64,000 nucleotides of DNA from an uncultured Acidobacteriota bacterium (lineage in GTDB: Bacteria > Acidobacteriota > UBA6911), in NCBI GenBank assembly GCA_963843575.1, contig CAWJKZ010000009.1, positions 1 through 64,000 of the forward strand. The letters run 5' to 3'. Shown one piece after another: positions 31,216-43,105 of this stretch (the stretch's first letter is position 1; each line of letters begins with the position of its first letter). The position numbers and the translations under genes were made by a program. Under the pieces are notes generated by a model, which was not told where the DNA came from, ran no database searches, and was given only the letters and a program-made list of their open reading frames with translations.

Positions 31216-34200
31216 ACGACGCTGTGACGGCCAACCGGTTCGCTATCGTGGCCATTGGCTGCAGGTTCCCCGGAGGCGCCAACACCCCGGAGCAGTTCTG
31301 GAAGCTGCTGTGCGACGGCACCGACGCCATCACCGAAGTTCCACCCGAACGTTTCGACCTGGCGGAGCTGTACGATTCCGACCAGAGCCGGCCGGGCAAG
31401 ATCTACACCCGCTGGGGCGGGTTCGTCGACCACATGGACGAGTTCGACGCCGAGTTTTTCGGCATCTCGCCGCGGGAAGCCGTTCGGATCGATCCGCAGC
31501 AACGCCTCCTGCTGGAGGTGGTCTGGGAAGCGCTCGAAGACGGAGGACAGCCGCTAGAACGGTTTGCGGGCTCGAAAACGGGCGTGTTCATCGGCATCTC
31601 GACCCACGACTACTACGATCTGCAGATCAATCCTCACAACCGGCACCGGATCGACGCCTACGGGGGCACCGGCACCGCCTTGAGCATCGCGGCGAACCGG
31701 ATCTCCTACGCCTACGACCTGCGCGGCCCGAGCGTCGCCGTGGACACGGCGTGTTCGTCCTCGTTGACCGCCGTGCACCTCGCCTGCCGCAGCCTGAGGA
31801 ACGGGGACTGCGAGCTGGCGATCGCCGGCGGCGTAAACGCCTTTCTCAGGCCGGAGGTGGCGATCGGGTTCTGCCGGGCCTCGATGTTGTCGCCCGACGG
31901 ACGCTGCAAGACGTTCGACGCCAGCGCGAACGGATTCGTGCGCGGCGAGGGCGCCGGCGTCGTCATCCTGAAGCCACTGGCGGCGGCGGTCGCGGACGGG
32001 GACAAGATCTATGCCGTCGTGCGCGGCACTGCCATCAACCAGGATGGGAGGACGGTGGGCCTGACCCTTCCGAGCGCCGAAGCCCAGGAAGCCCTCATCA
32101 GCGAGGCCCTGCGCGACGGCGGCGTGCAACCCCATGCCGTACAGTATGTCGAAGCGCACGGCACCGGGACGCGCGTGGGCGATCCGATTGAGGCCGCGGC
32201 CATCGGTCACGTGCTCTCAACCGGCCGCAGCGCGTCGAAGCCCTGCGTGATCGGGTCGGTCAAGACCAACATCGGCCACCTGGAGGCGGCCGCGGGCATC
32301 GCCGGCCTCATCAAGGCGTCGCTCGCGCTCACGAACCGGATGATCCCGCCCAGTATTCACTTCCGCTCCGCCAATCCCGCCATCCCGTTTGACGACCTGC
32401 GGCTGCGGGTGGCGACCGAGCTGCAGCCCTGGCCGTGCAACGGCGGCCGGGCACTGGCGAGTGTCAACTCCTTCGGCTTCGGGGGCGCAAACGCCCACGT
32501 CGTGCTCGAAGAAGGCCCCCGGCCAGACGATGCCGTGAGTATCCGGGATCACGAGCCCCTCTGCATCCTACCCATCTCGGCCCGGCATCCGGGTTCCCTC
32601 CGGGAACTCGCCCGCCGTTACCGCGACCTCCTCGCCGGGGCCGACGCCCCGCCGCTCGCGGACCTGTGTTACAGCGCCGCGGTGCGACGCAGCCATCACC
32701 CGCACCGCGCCGCCTTCGTCGGGCCCGGCCGCGCGGAGATGATCGAGCAGTTGGATTCCTTCCTGTCCCGTGACGACCCCCCTGCGCCGGGACGCGGCGC
32801 CCGCGCCAGGGAACCGAAACTGGCGTTTGTCTTCACCGGCATGGGACCGCAGTGGTGGGGCATGGGACGCCAGCTCTTCGACACCGAACCGCTCTTCCGG
32901 GAGGCCGTCGAGGAGTGCGACCGGCTGTTTCGGGGCGTCGGCACCTGGTCGCTGATGCAGGCCCTCGGGGCCGACGAGCCGCACTCCCGGGTTCACGAGG
33001 CGGACGTCGCGCCCGCCGCGAATCTCGCCATCCAGGTGGGGCTCACACGGCTGTGGCGCTCCTGGGGGATCGTCCCCGACGCCATCGTCGGGCACAGCGC
33101 CGGGGAAATCGGCGCCGCGTGGGCGGCCGGCGCCCTCAGCCTCGAGGATGCCCTCAAGGTGGCATACCATCGCGGCCGTTTGCAGTCCCGCGCGGCTGGC
33201 TCCGGGACCATGCTCGCGGCCGGTGTCTCCGAGGATGACGCCGTCCGGCTCCTCGAGGGGCTGAGCGATCGAGTCTCGATCGCAGCCATCAACAGCCCAA
33301 CTTCCGTCACGTTTTCCGGCGAGCGCGAGGCGCTGGAGCGGATCGCGACGGAGCTCGCGCGCCGGCAACGCTTCAACCGCTTCCTGCCGGTGGAGGTGCC
33401 CTATCACGCGCCCTGTTTCGATGCCTTCCGGAAGGAGTTCGTCGAGCTGCTCGCGCCGCTCGAGCCCCGTCCGCCGGCGGTGCCACTCATGTCCACCGTG
33501 TCGGGCGCATGGCTCGACGGGGCGCCCGTCGACGAGAACTACTGGTACGAGAACCTCCGGCGTTCCGTGCGCTTCGCCGAAGCCGTCGATCGGCTCGTCC
33601 AGGATGAGTACGAGCTCTTTGTCGAGATCGGTCCTCACCCTGTCCTCGCGGCGTCGATCTCGGAGTGTCTCGCCGCCCGCGCCAAACCCGGTATGACCCT
33701 CCCTTCGCTCCGCCGTAAGGAGGAGGAGCGGCGGGTCCTGCTGCGTTCGGTTGCGGACATTTACAGTCGCGGCCGGCGCGTCGAGTGGTCCGGCGTCTGC
33801 GGAACCCGCAGGTTCGTTCCGTTGCCGCGCTATCCCTGGCAGCGGGAACGGTACTGGTTCAACGGGGAGGAGGGTTCCGCCCACGGGCCTTCGGGCACCG
33901 ACAGCGGGCACCCGCTGCTCGGATACCGCCTGCGGTCGGCGCGCCCCACCTGGGAGGTCGAGCTGGGCCGGCCGCAGCTCGATTACCTCGACGATCACAT
34001 CGTCCAGGGGAACCCCGTGTTCCCGGCTGCCGCCTACGCGGAGCTGGCACTGGCGGCCGCCCGCGAGATAGCGCCCGGTACCGTCCCGGTCCTGGAGGAA
34101 CTCGCGTTCCGGAAGGTGCTCTTCCTGACCGAGCGCAAGGAGGGGCTCCTCCAGTTTGTGCTCGACCCGCAGCGTTCCTCGTTCGAGATCCACGGCGCCT

Positions 34201-37200
34201 CCGGGAACGGCGGGGCCGCATGGACCCTGCACGCCGACGGCAAGCTGAGGACCCGACCGGCTGAGTCCGGGCCGCAGGCGGCCGACATCGCCGGGATCCG
34301 CGGGCGCTGCCCGGACGAGGTGCCTGCGGCCTCGGCCTATCAGGCCCTGGAAGCCAGGGGGCTCTGCTACCGGGGCGCCTTCCGCGGCATCGAGGCGCTC
34401 TGGCGCGGCGGCGGCGAGGCGCTGGCCCGCATCGGGTCGTTAACGGCAACCCAGCCGGATGCCGGCCCATACCGCATCGATCCGGCGCTGCTCGACTCCG
34501 CGTTCCAGGCCATGCTGGCGGCCGCCGAGTCGGCGGGTGCGGGCCGCATCAACGCGAGAGGCCTCCACCTGCCCGTGTCGATCCGGCGGCTGACGCTCTG
34601 GCGCGAGCCCGGACCAGGGTTCTGGAGCCATGCGAAGGTCACCCGGTTCGACACCGAGGTTCTCGAAGGCGACATCACGATCGCGGACGAGAAGGGGGAG
34701 GTCGCGATGGCGATCGAGGGCCTCCGGTGCAAAACCCTCGACAACAGCGCGAGGTCGGCGCGGACCGGACTGGACGATCTGCTTTACCAGCTCAGCTGGG
34801 AACGGGAGCCGCTCAAGAGACGGGCCGCCCGCGAGGCGATGGCGGTTCGGGGCGCGGCGGAGCTGGGGGCACGGATGCAGCCCGTGGCCGACCGCCTGGC
34901 GGCAGCAGAAGGGCGATGGTCGGAGCGGCTCGAGCACGAGCCTGAAGTCACTGCAATCGTCGCCCACTTCGCGCGGGCCGCCTTTATCGCCCTCGGGTGG
35001 AATCCCGGCACATCCCTGCCCAACGATGCCGAGGCCCTGTCCGCGCGCCTCGGCATCGCCGGCCGCCACCGCCGATTCTTCGGGCGGCTGCTCGAAATCG
35101 TGCGGGAAGCCGGCGGTCTGGGCGGGTCGGCCGACACGGCCGACTCGCAACGCCTCGCCGCCGAAGGACTGTGCACGCGCCTGCTGGAGGAGTTTCCCGA
35201 GTGCCGGGCGGTGGTCGATTTGCTGCGGCGCTGCGGCGCGCGTCTGGACGCCGTCCTGAAAGGCGAGCTGGATCCGCGCGAAGTGCTGTTCGCGCCGGAG
35301 GCGGTGTCGTCTTGGGCCCATTTCTTCATCGAAGACCCATTGTACGAATTCTATAACACGCTCGTCGCGGAGACTGTTGCCGCCGCAGTAAAGGAGGTCC
35401 CGCCCGACGCCCGGCTGCGGATCCTCGAGATCGGGGCCGGCACGGGCGGAACGACGGTGCCCGTGCTCAGTCGACTCGCGAACCGACACGTCGAATACCA
35501 CTTTACCGACGTGTCGACGTTCTTCCTGGCCGAAGCGCGCGACCGCTTCAGAGCTCAGTCGAACGTCCGCTTCAGCGCTCTCGACATCGAATCGGACCCG
35601 GTAGCTCAAATCGGGGCCGAGCCGTTCGACATCGTTCTCGCGGCCAATGTCCTGCACGCGACGGCCGACCTGCGCAGGTCGCTGAAACACATCCGCCAGG
35701 TGCTTGCGCCGGGAGGGCTGGTCATGCTGCTCGAGGCGACGCGCAAGATCGCCTGGGCGGATCTGATCTTTGGCATGACGGAAGGATGGTGGCGCTTCGC
35801 CGACCTCGATCTGCGTCCCGACTACCCCCTGCTCGAACCTCATCAATGGAAGCGGGTTCTCGGCGAGGCAGGCTTCGAGGAGGCAGCAGGGATCTCGGAT
35901 CCGAACAGCGACAACGGCTCCATGCAGACTGTGCTGCTGGCGACACTCCCGAAAAAGGCCGGACGGGCTGCCGACACTCGGGTGGCGAAGGGCTGGGTCG
36001 CCGTTGTCGACTCCTCGGGTTTCGGGGCGCGGGTCGCCGCGGCACTGCGAAGTCAGGGCGACCGCTGCGTCTGCGTCGCCGGCGGAGGAGACTACTCGCG
36101 CGATGGCGACACGGTGCGGATGGCGCTCGACCGCCCCGATCATGTGGCGCACCTCGTCGAAGAACTGGCGGCGGAGGGTTTCGAGATCCACGGCTTGATC
36201 CACGCGTTGAGCCTCGACATCCCCGGTCCGGCCGGGTTGAGCGCCTCCGAGGTGGTAAGCGCACCTCAGGCGTCGTGCGACAGCCTGATCGGCCTGGTCA
36301 AAGGCTTCGATCAGGCCGGACGGGCCTTGCCGCCCATATGGCTCCTCACCTCGGACGCCGAAGCGATCGAGCCCGGGCAAGCGGCGGCGAACCTGACCCA
36401 AGCCCCGCTCCGGGGTTTCGGCCGGGTGCTGGCAAGCGAGTTCTCAGGCATCCGCTGCCGGCTCGTGGACCTTGGTCCGCGGCCCGAAGAAGGCGAGGTT
36501 CAGGCTTTGCTCGACGAACTCGAAGCCGACGACGTCGAGGAAGAGGTGGCGCTGCGCGGGTCGGAACGGTACGTGGCCCGATTGCGCCGGAGGCGCCTTG
36601 ACGATCTCCATCCGGCCGATCGCGTCCGTGCGCTGTCGCCGGACGCGCACGGCTTCAGGTTGGACATCGACACGCCCGGTGCGCTCGAGAGCCTGATGTT
36701 GCGCGAGACGCCCGATCGGCGGCCCGGGCGGGGGAAGTCCTCATCCGCGTGTTTGCGGCCGGCCTCAACTTCCGCGACGTGATGCTGTCGCTCGGCATGC
36801 TGCCCCCGATGACGATCCCGGGGGCGGCCGGCAAGACGATCCTGGGCTTCGAGTGCGCGGGGGTGGTCGTCGAGTGCGGCGCGGGAGTGGAAGACGTCCG
36901 CCCGGGCGACGAGGTGATGGCCGTGGCGATCGGGGCTTTTGCCTCGCAGGTCGTCACCCGTGCCGAGCTCGTGGCGCGCAAGCCCGGACACCTGACCTTC
37001 GAGGAAGCCGCCACGATCCCGCTGGTGTTCATCACGGCCCACTACGGGTTGACCCATCTCGCGCGGCTTGCCGCGGGCGAGCGGGTGCTCATCCACGCCG
37101 CGACCGGCGGGGTGGGGCTGGCGGCGATCCAGCTTGCCCGGCGGGCCGGCGCCCGGATCTTCGCCACCGCCGGAAACCCCGAGAAGCGCGCCTACTTGAA

Positions 37201-39697
37201 GTCGATCGGGATCGACCACGTAATGGACTCCCGGTCGCTGGCGTTCGCCGACGAGGTGTTGGCGGACACCCACGGCGAGGGGGTCGACGTCGTGCTCAAT
37301 TCCCTGGCCGGGGAGGCGATTACGAAAGGGCTCTCCGTTCTCCGCCCGTGCGGCCGTTTCCTGGAGCTGGGCAAACGCGACATCCACGCGAACGCGCCCA
37401 TCGGCCTGCTCCCCTTCGACAAGAACCTCTCCTTCTCCTCGATCGCGCTGGACCGGATGTGCCTCGATCAGCCTGCCCTGGTCGGCTCCCTCCTGCGGGA
37501 GATCGCAGCGCTTTTGGAGGACGGGGGACTCCAGCCCATTCCCCACAACGCCTTCGACCTTTCCGAGGCAGAACAGGCTCTGCGCCTCCTGGCCCAGGCG
37601 AAGCACATCGGCAAGCTCGTGCTCACGGTGCGCGGGGCGGAGTACCCGGTGGGGCCGTGTCTCGACCGGCCCGCCTGCCGTCCCGACGCGACCTACGTCG
37701 TTTCCGGCGGGCTCGGCGGGTTCGGCCTGGCAGTTGCCAGCTGGATGGTCGAGAGAGGGGCGCGCCACCTGGTCCTGATGAGCCGCAGCGGCGCACCGTC
37801 GGTCGAGAACCGGCCGGCGTTCGACGCGCTTCGGGAATCGGCCGCGGACGTCGTGGTGTTCAAGGGCGACGTGGGCGACGAAGACGACGTGCGCCGCATG
37901 CTGGGCGAGATTCGAGAGAACCTGCCGCCGCTCCGAGGCGTCGTGCACGCCGCCATGGTCCTCGACGACGCGCTCCTGGCGCAGCTCAACGCCGAGCGGT
38001 TCCGCGCGGTGCTCTCGCCCAAGGTCGGCGGGGCGTGGAACCTGCATCGCCTGACGGCGGCCGACGAGCTCGACTTCTTCGTCATGTTTTCGTCCACCTC
38101 TTCGCTGCTCGGCATGAAGGGGCAGGCTAATTACGCTGCCGGGAACGCATTCCTCGACGCGCTCGCCCCCTATCGCCGCTCGCTCGGGTTGCCGGCGCTG
38201 ACCGTCAACTGGGGCGGTATCGCCGAGGTCGGCTATTTGTCGGTCCATCAGGACATCATGCAGCTCCTGAACCGCCACGGACTGGAGTCGATCACCCCGG
38301 CGGAGGCTACCGACGGGTTGGCGGAGGCCTTGCGGTCGGGGGTCCCCAGGTTGACGATCATGCGTGTCGATTGGGCCCGATATTCGTCGATAGATGAGGC
38401 TTCGGCGTTCGTGAAGAAGGCGCGGCGCCTGGCCCACTTCCTCTCCACAGAACAGGCCGCGGCCCCGGATGCGGCGGCCGGGCGCGGGTCGCTGTTGACT
38501 CTCCTGCTGGAGTCGGAGCCCGATCAGAGGCGAGCTCTGGTAGAGGGCCGGGTGGCGGAAAACGTGGCGCGTGTGCTCGGCACGTCTGTCAAGAAAATCG
38601 ACCCGGGTGCGCCACTCACCGACATGGGCGTCGATTCGCTGATGGCCGTCGAGCTGCAGACAATCCTCAAGCGCGACTTCGGGGTATTCCTGCCGCTCAC
38701 TTCTTTTCTCGAGAGCGTCTCGGTGGTACAGCTCGCGACCAAAGTACTCGGGCAACTCGCGGACGAGGCCACACCCGCACCGGGCGCGACGCCGGAGGCG
38801 GTCGCCCCGGCCGGGCCCGAAGAGGCAGGCGAAAGCACTCTGACGGCAAAAGCGCCGGCGAGGGCGCCGGACCTCCCGGCCGTCGAGGTGCGCAACTGTG
38901 CCCCGGTCGAGCCGTCGCCCGCAACACCCGAGTCGCTCCCTGCTGCCGCGGCAGCGAGGGTGGTCGATCCACCCAGCGATCCGATCATGCGGCGGCCGGA
39001 ACGCCCGGCAGGCCTTCCGGTCAAAACGGGCGGCTCCGAATCGATCGACGGCCGCTGGACCCCCATGGAGAAGTTCGTCAAGCGCGTGCTCTCGCTGGCG
39101 TTCGGGCTGCTGGCGCGCGTAGAGGTCACCGGTCTCGAGAATCTGCCGCGCTCGGGCCCCGTGCTGCTGGCCGTCAATCACCTCAGCATGATGGATCTCC
39201 CCCTGCTGGTCACAATCGTGCCGCGACGCGGTATTTGCCTGGCGGCCGACCGGCTGCAGGAGCAGCCGTGGGCCCGTTGGTTTCTCGATCTCGCCCACAG
39301 CATCTATGTCCGTCGCGGCGAGGCCGACCAGGATGCGCTCGACAAAGCACTGGCCGTTCTGCGGGCCGGGCGTCTGCTCGGCGTCGCGCCTGAAGGTACC
39401 CGAAGCCGCTCCGGTCTCGCACGGGGACACTCGGGACTGGCTTACCTGGCCGCCGCCGCGCCGGCCCCGATCCTGCCCGTTGCGGCCTATGGCCAGGAGC
39501 GGATTCCGGGCAACGCGAAGCGGTTGCGGCGCACGCGCGTGGAGGTGCGCATCGGGTCGCTCATTCAGGTCGAGCCAGGCGAGAAGGCCGCAGCCGAGCT
39601 CCGCCGCATTACCGATCGGGTCATGGAGGCGATTGCCGCCATGCTGCCCCCGGCCTACCGCGGCGTTTACGCCGGGGTGTCCGAACGATCTGCATAA
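31212..39697 (+). CDS. Type I highly reducing PKS KS-AT-DH-cMT-ER-KR-ACP with C-terminal PlsC acyltransferase; one frameshift near 36730
   Basis: DTACSSS/HGTGT/NIGHLE (KS), GHSAG (AT), DHIVQGNPVFP and DSAFQ (DH), LEIGAGTGG (MT), HAATGGVG (ER), GGLGGFG/LDD/YAAGN (KR), GVDSL (ACP), NHLSMMD and PEGTRS (PlsC); ATGA overlap with the patatin stop. Confidence 0.93.
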
Positions 39698-39916
39698 GTG
39701 GTCCGCCTCGGCCCGTCGGCCGGCACCGCTCTGTTGTCTCGGCGCTACGACCTGCAAGCTGGTTGATGTCCTCGCCATGCAGGACAAAGGAGGCGAATCC
39801 GCTACGGATTCAGTCAATCTTCCTTTCGGGCCGGAGAGGTCCTGATTTTCCGATCGGACTCAGGAAAAATCACAGAATAATTTAAGTTAAGTTAGGTGAA
39901 TAACGAGGATCTTAGG

Positions 39917-39963
39917 GACGGTTCTGTGGGAGGCGCCCTGGGCGACCAGGGCGCCTCCCCGAT
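39917..39963 (+). other. Hairpin resembling the 3' end (part of D5 plus D6) of a group II intron
   Basis: ACGGTTCTGTGGGAGG.. then a perfect 14-bp stem with GCGA loop, ending CCCCGAT. Confidence 0.45.
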
Positions 39964-40130
39964 CGGCGACGCTGCAGATGCCCCTCCCGCCGCCGCGCCC
40001 CGGAAGGCTGACGGCTCCGTGTTACCATGGCCGTAGCAGATGACAAGAGTGCCAAGAAAGGGAAGAGCAAGTATGAGTGCCTTTGAAGGACTAAAGCAGA
40101 ACCCATCCATGGTGGATAAAGTTGATCTTC

Positions 40131-40334
40131 ATGACGCTAGTCATTCGGGCTACTCTCGGCGTCCTTGGACTCACAGGGTTCTACCTCTGGTTTCTCTTCC
40201 CGGTGCAGAAGATCCGCGGTCTTAAGTATCTGGAAACTCCCCACTTGATCCTCTATCACGCCATCCTTGGTCTGCTGGATGTGGCTGGGATCATCCTGTT
40301 TGCGCAGCTGCTCTATTTTCGACGCGTTAACTAA
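40131..40334 (+). CDS. Small membrane protein
   Basis: Two hydrophobic segments; family not recognised. Confidence 0.4.
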   Translation: MTLVIRATLGVLGLTGFYLWFLFPVQKIRGLKYLETPHLILYHAILGLLDVAGIILFAQLLYFRRVN

Positions 40335-40773
40335 CGTGCATCCGTACGGATAGGTTTGCCTTCTCAGCAGAATCTGTGGATGGCGCAGGCCATCAAATCT
40401 GCGTAAAACCAACTGAGGAAAGACACCTTACTACCTTTGGGAAGCCGAAACTTCCCGGGGGTCAGAATAGAAAGGTAGAAAACTCCCTATGGCTTTGCCA
40501 CAGGCCGAAAGCAAGCTTTCCTTCAATCGTTTTTCCGCTCGATGCTAGGCACATGCCTAGTTGTCACCGTCGGTCGCCTTTGGTTATTGTGCCATTAGAA
40601 CCGATACGGGCCGCCGGTGATGTTTGTCTTGCTAACGCGCCACGATGACCCCAAGCCTGCTCTCCACGGCTAGCCGGTTTCTGACTGCTCCAACTTCGAC
40701 GGATGAGGTCAGACAGTACGCCTGAACCTTCTGGTGGAGGGCGCGGTGGCGAATCGCTTCAAGGGGGAGAGGG

Positions 40774-41367
40774 ATGTCGCGCACGCCTTGGCACCAAAGG
40801 GAATGGTTTGCCAGTACGCTCCGGAGCATCGGCGACGGCGTCATCGCCACGGACCGTGAGGGGCGGGTGACGTTCATGAACACGGTTGCGGAATCGCTGA
40901 CCGGGTGGAGCGAGGCCGAGGGGGCCGGTCGGCCTCTAGCCGAGGTTTTTTCGATCGTCCGCGCGGCCACGCGCGAGCCGGTTAGTGACCTTGCAGAGCG
41001 TGTCCTGAGGGAAAGCGCCATCGTCGTGTTCTCCAAGCCTTCGCTCCTTTTGGCGCGCGACGGAACCGAGCGGCCGGTCGACGACTCGGCAGCCCCGATA
41101 CGCGGCGAGAACGGGGAGACCATCGGCGTCGTGCTGGTCTTCCGCGACGTATCCGTAAGGGCGATCGCAGAGGCCGAGCGTGCCCAGTTCCTTGCCCGGG
41201 AGAGCGCCGCACTGCGCGAGGCCGAAACTGCCCGACTCGCCAAGGACACGTATCTCGCCACGATGGCGCACGACCTGCGCACTCCGCTCAACGCGATTCT
41301 CGGCTGGTCGAGCCTGCTACGCACCCGGAATCAACCTAGTCCTGTACGACTAGCGGATTTGGTCTGA
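40774..41367 (+). pseudogene. PAS-domain histidine kinase fragment (no ATPase domain)
   Basis: TLRSIGDGVIATD..PAS..VLVFRDV; HDLRTPLNAILGW, then ends. Confidence 0.8.
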
Positions 41368-41419
41368 TATGCTCTGCTCCGATGATCAACCCCGGGAAAT
41401 CGGATCCTCAGGGGTTGGC

Positions 41420-41827
41420 GTGAAGTGCTATCAAATCGTGCTCGCCGATGACTACCCTTTGTTTCGACAATGGGTCAGGGGGATCCTCGCCGGCACGAAG
41501 GATCTTGAGGTAGTCGCGGAAGTTGACGATGGCCAAGCCCTGCTCGACCTCCTGTTTGATGGTTCTATCACTCCTGATCTCATCATAGCGGATATCTCCA
41601 TGCCCAGGCTGGATGGACTCGGAGCCATGCAGCACATAAAAGCGCGCCACCCGCACGTCAAGACGCTGGTTTTAACCGGACACAGGGATGATGAGTATAT
41701 CGTCAAGGCCCTGAGCCTCGGTGCGGCTGGGTACCTGCTAAAAGAGGATGCAGACGCGGAATTGATGCCGGCGATCGGCAAGATTCGCCAAGGCGCGACA
41801 TATTTGTCGTCGCGTTTGACGGCTTGA
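41420..41827 (+). CDS. NarL-type response regulator receiver (no HTH)
   Basis: VLADD, ADISMPRLDG, VLT, YLLKE. Confidence 0.85.
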   Translation: MKCYQIVLADDYPLFRQWVRGILAGTKDLEVVAEVDDGQALLDLLFDGSITPDLIIADISMPRLDGLGAMQHIKARHPHVKTLVLTGHRDDEYIVKALSLGAAGYLLKEDADAELMPAIGKIRQGATYLSSRLTA

Positions 41828-41986
41828 TCGCCTCCCGCTGCAACTCTATGTTGCGGGATGCGGCTAAGCGCGGGCAGACAGTACTATCTTCGATAACGTC
41901 GGGTCCCTAATTTCCCGGTCGTCCGCCAGATACTTGTGCCGTATCATGTACCCGACATCTTCGTAGCGGGAGGTGACAGTCAAGTC

Positions 41987-43012
41987 ATGGCCAAAATCGC
42001 GGCGGCCGAGCAAAACCAGGAATCCCATCTGGCGCGAGCGAGATTCCTACAAAGGCCCACATTGCTCTTTGTCATTACAGGTGCGGGGATCTTCGCGGTC
42101 GAAGCCGGGCTCATGCTGGTTCTCGCAATTTTCCATGAACAATTGACGGTGTGGCAACAGGCCCTGATTGACGCACTGCTGCTGATCCTGGTTCTGTTTC
42201 CTCTTCTGTATCTCTTTTACCTGTTGACGTTTCGTCCACTGCGCCTGCATAACGCGGAACTACTCCAGTTCGGAAGGCAGCTGGAAGAACAGATTGCTGA
42301 ACGCCGCGAATCTGAAGCAGCGTTGCTGCAATCTGAAAAGCAGCTGCACTTGCTATCGGCGCAGCTTCTGACCGTGCAGGAAAAGGAGAGGCGACACGTC
42401 TCGCGCGAACTGCATGAGGATTTAGGTCAGTCTCTGATTGCGCTGAAACTGCGGCTGAGACTGCTGCAAGGCGCCATCAGCCAAGATCAGTCCGCCTCCC
42501 ACCATGAGTTACGGGTCGCGTCGGCGCAACTCGACGACATGGTTCGGCATGTCCGACGTCTTTCGCGCGATCTTAGCCCCGCGATTCTGGAAGATTTGGG
42601 ATTCACTACTGCTGCACGCCGAGTTGTTTCGGACTATGCCGGGGACTTCGGTCTGGACACAGCTGTGACAGTAGACGACGGCGTCGACTCTTTTTTTAAA
42701 GGGGCTGCGGGCATTCACACATACCGAATCCTCGAGGAGGCTCTGGAAAACGTCCAGAAGCATGCGGAAGCAACCCATGTATCCGTTTCCGTTAAGGACA
42801 GCAAGCGCGAACTCTCGCTTGTCGTGGAGGACAATGGCAAGGGCTTCGATTTCAACCGGGAGGAGGCCCGTGGGTTGGGGTTGGCAACGATGTACGAGCG
42901 AGCGCGGCTGCTGAACAGCTCGCTGGACTTGTGGAGTGAGTCCGGCAGAGGAACAAAGATAACGCTGAAGATTCCAAGACAATGCGATTCATGCAGCATG
43001 TCGACGGCATGA
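41987..43012 (+). CDS. Membrane histidine kinase, HisKA_3 type
   Basis: Two TM helices, ERRHVSRELHEDLGQ, EALENVQKHA, EDNGKGF, GLGL. Confidence 0.9.
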   Translation: MAKIAAAEQNQESHLARARFLQRPTLLFVITGAGIFAVEAGLMLVLAIFHEQLTVWQQALIDALLLILVLFPLLYLFYLLTFRPLRLHNAELLQFGRQLEEQIAERRESEAALLQSEKQLHLLSAQLLTVQEKERRHVSRELHEDLGQSLIALKLRLRLLQGAISQDQSASHHELRVASAQLDDMVRHVRRLSRDLSPAILEDLGFTTAARRVVSDYAGDFGLDTAVTVDDGVDSFFKGAAGIHTYRILEEALENVQKHAEATHVSVSVKDSKRELSLVVEDNGKGFDFNREEARGLGLATMYERARLLNSSLDLWSESGRGTKITLKIPRQCDSCSMSTA

Positions 43013-43105
43013 TCGCCTGCTCCACCCCGCAGTCGGAAAAAAGAATGCCTTTGGCTCGGGCAACGGGGGCGCAGTGGCGCCCCCAGCCAAACACGAAATC
43101 GGTCC

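Noticed and set aside
31212-39697. Pfa-type PUFA synthase as the LOX substrate source
   Set aside because: No chain-length factor, tandem ACPs or FabA-type DH; the layout is that of an HR-PKS
36500-39817. Very long antisense ORFs (1105 aa here; also 49501..52365, 24861..26507, 29578..31191)
   Set aside because: Shadow frames of high-GC genes whose sense frames carry clear motifs
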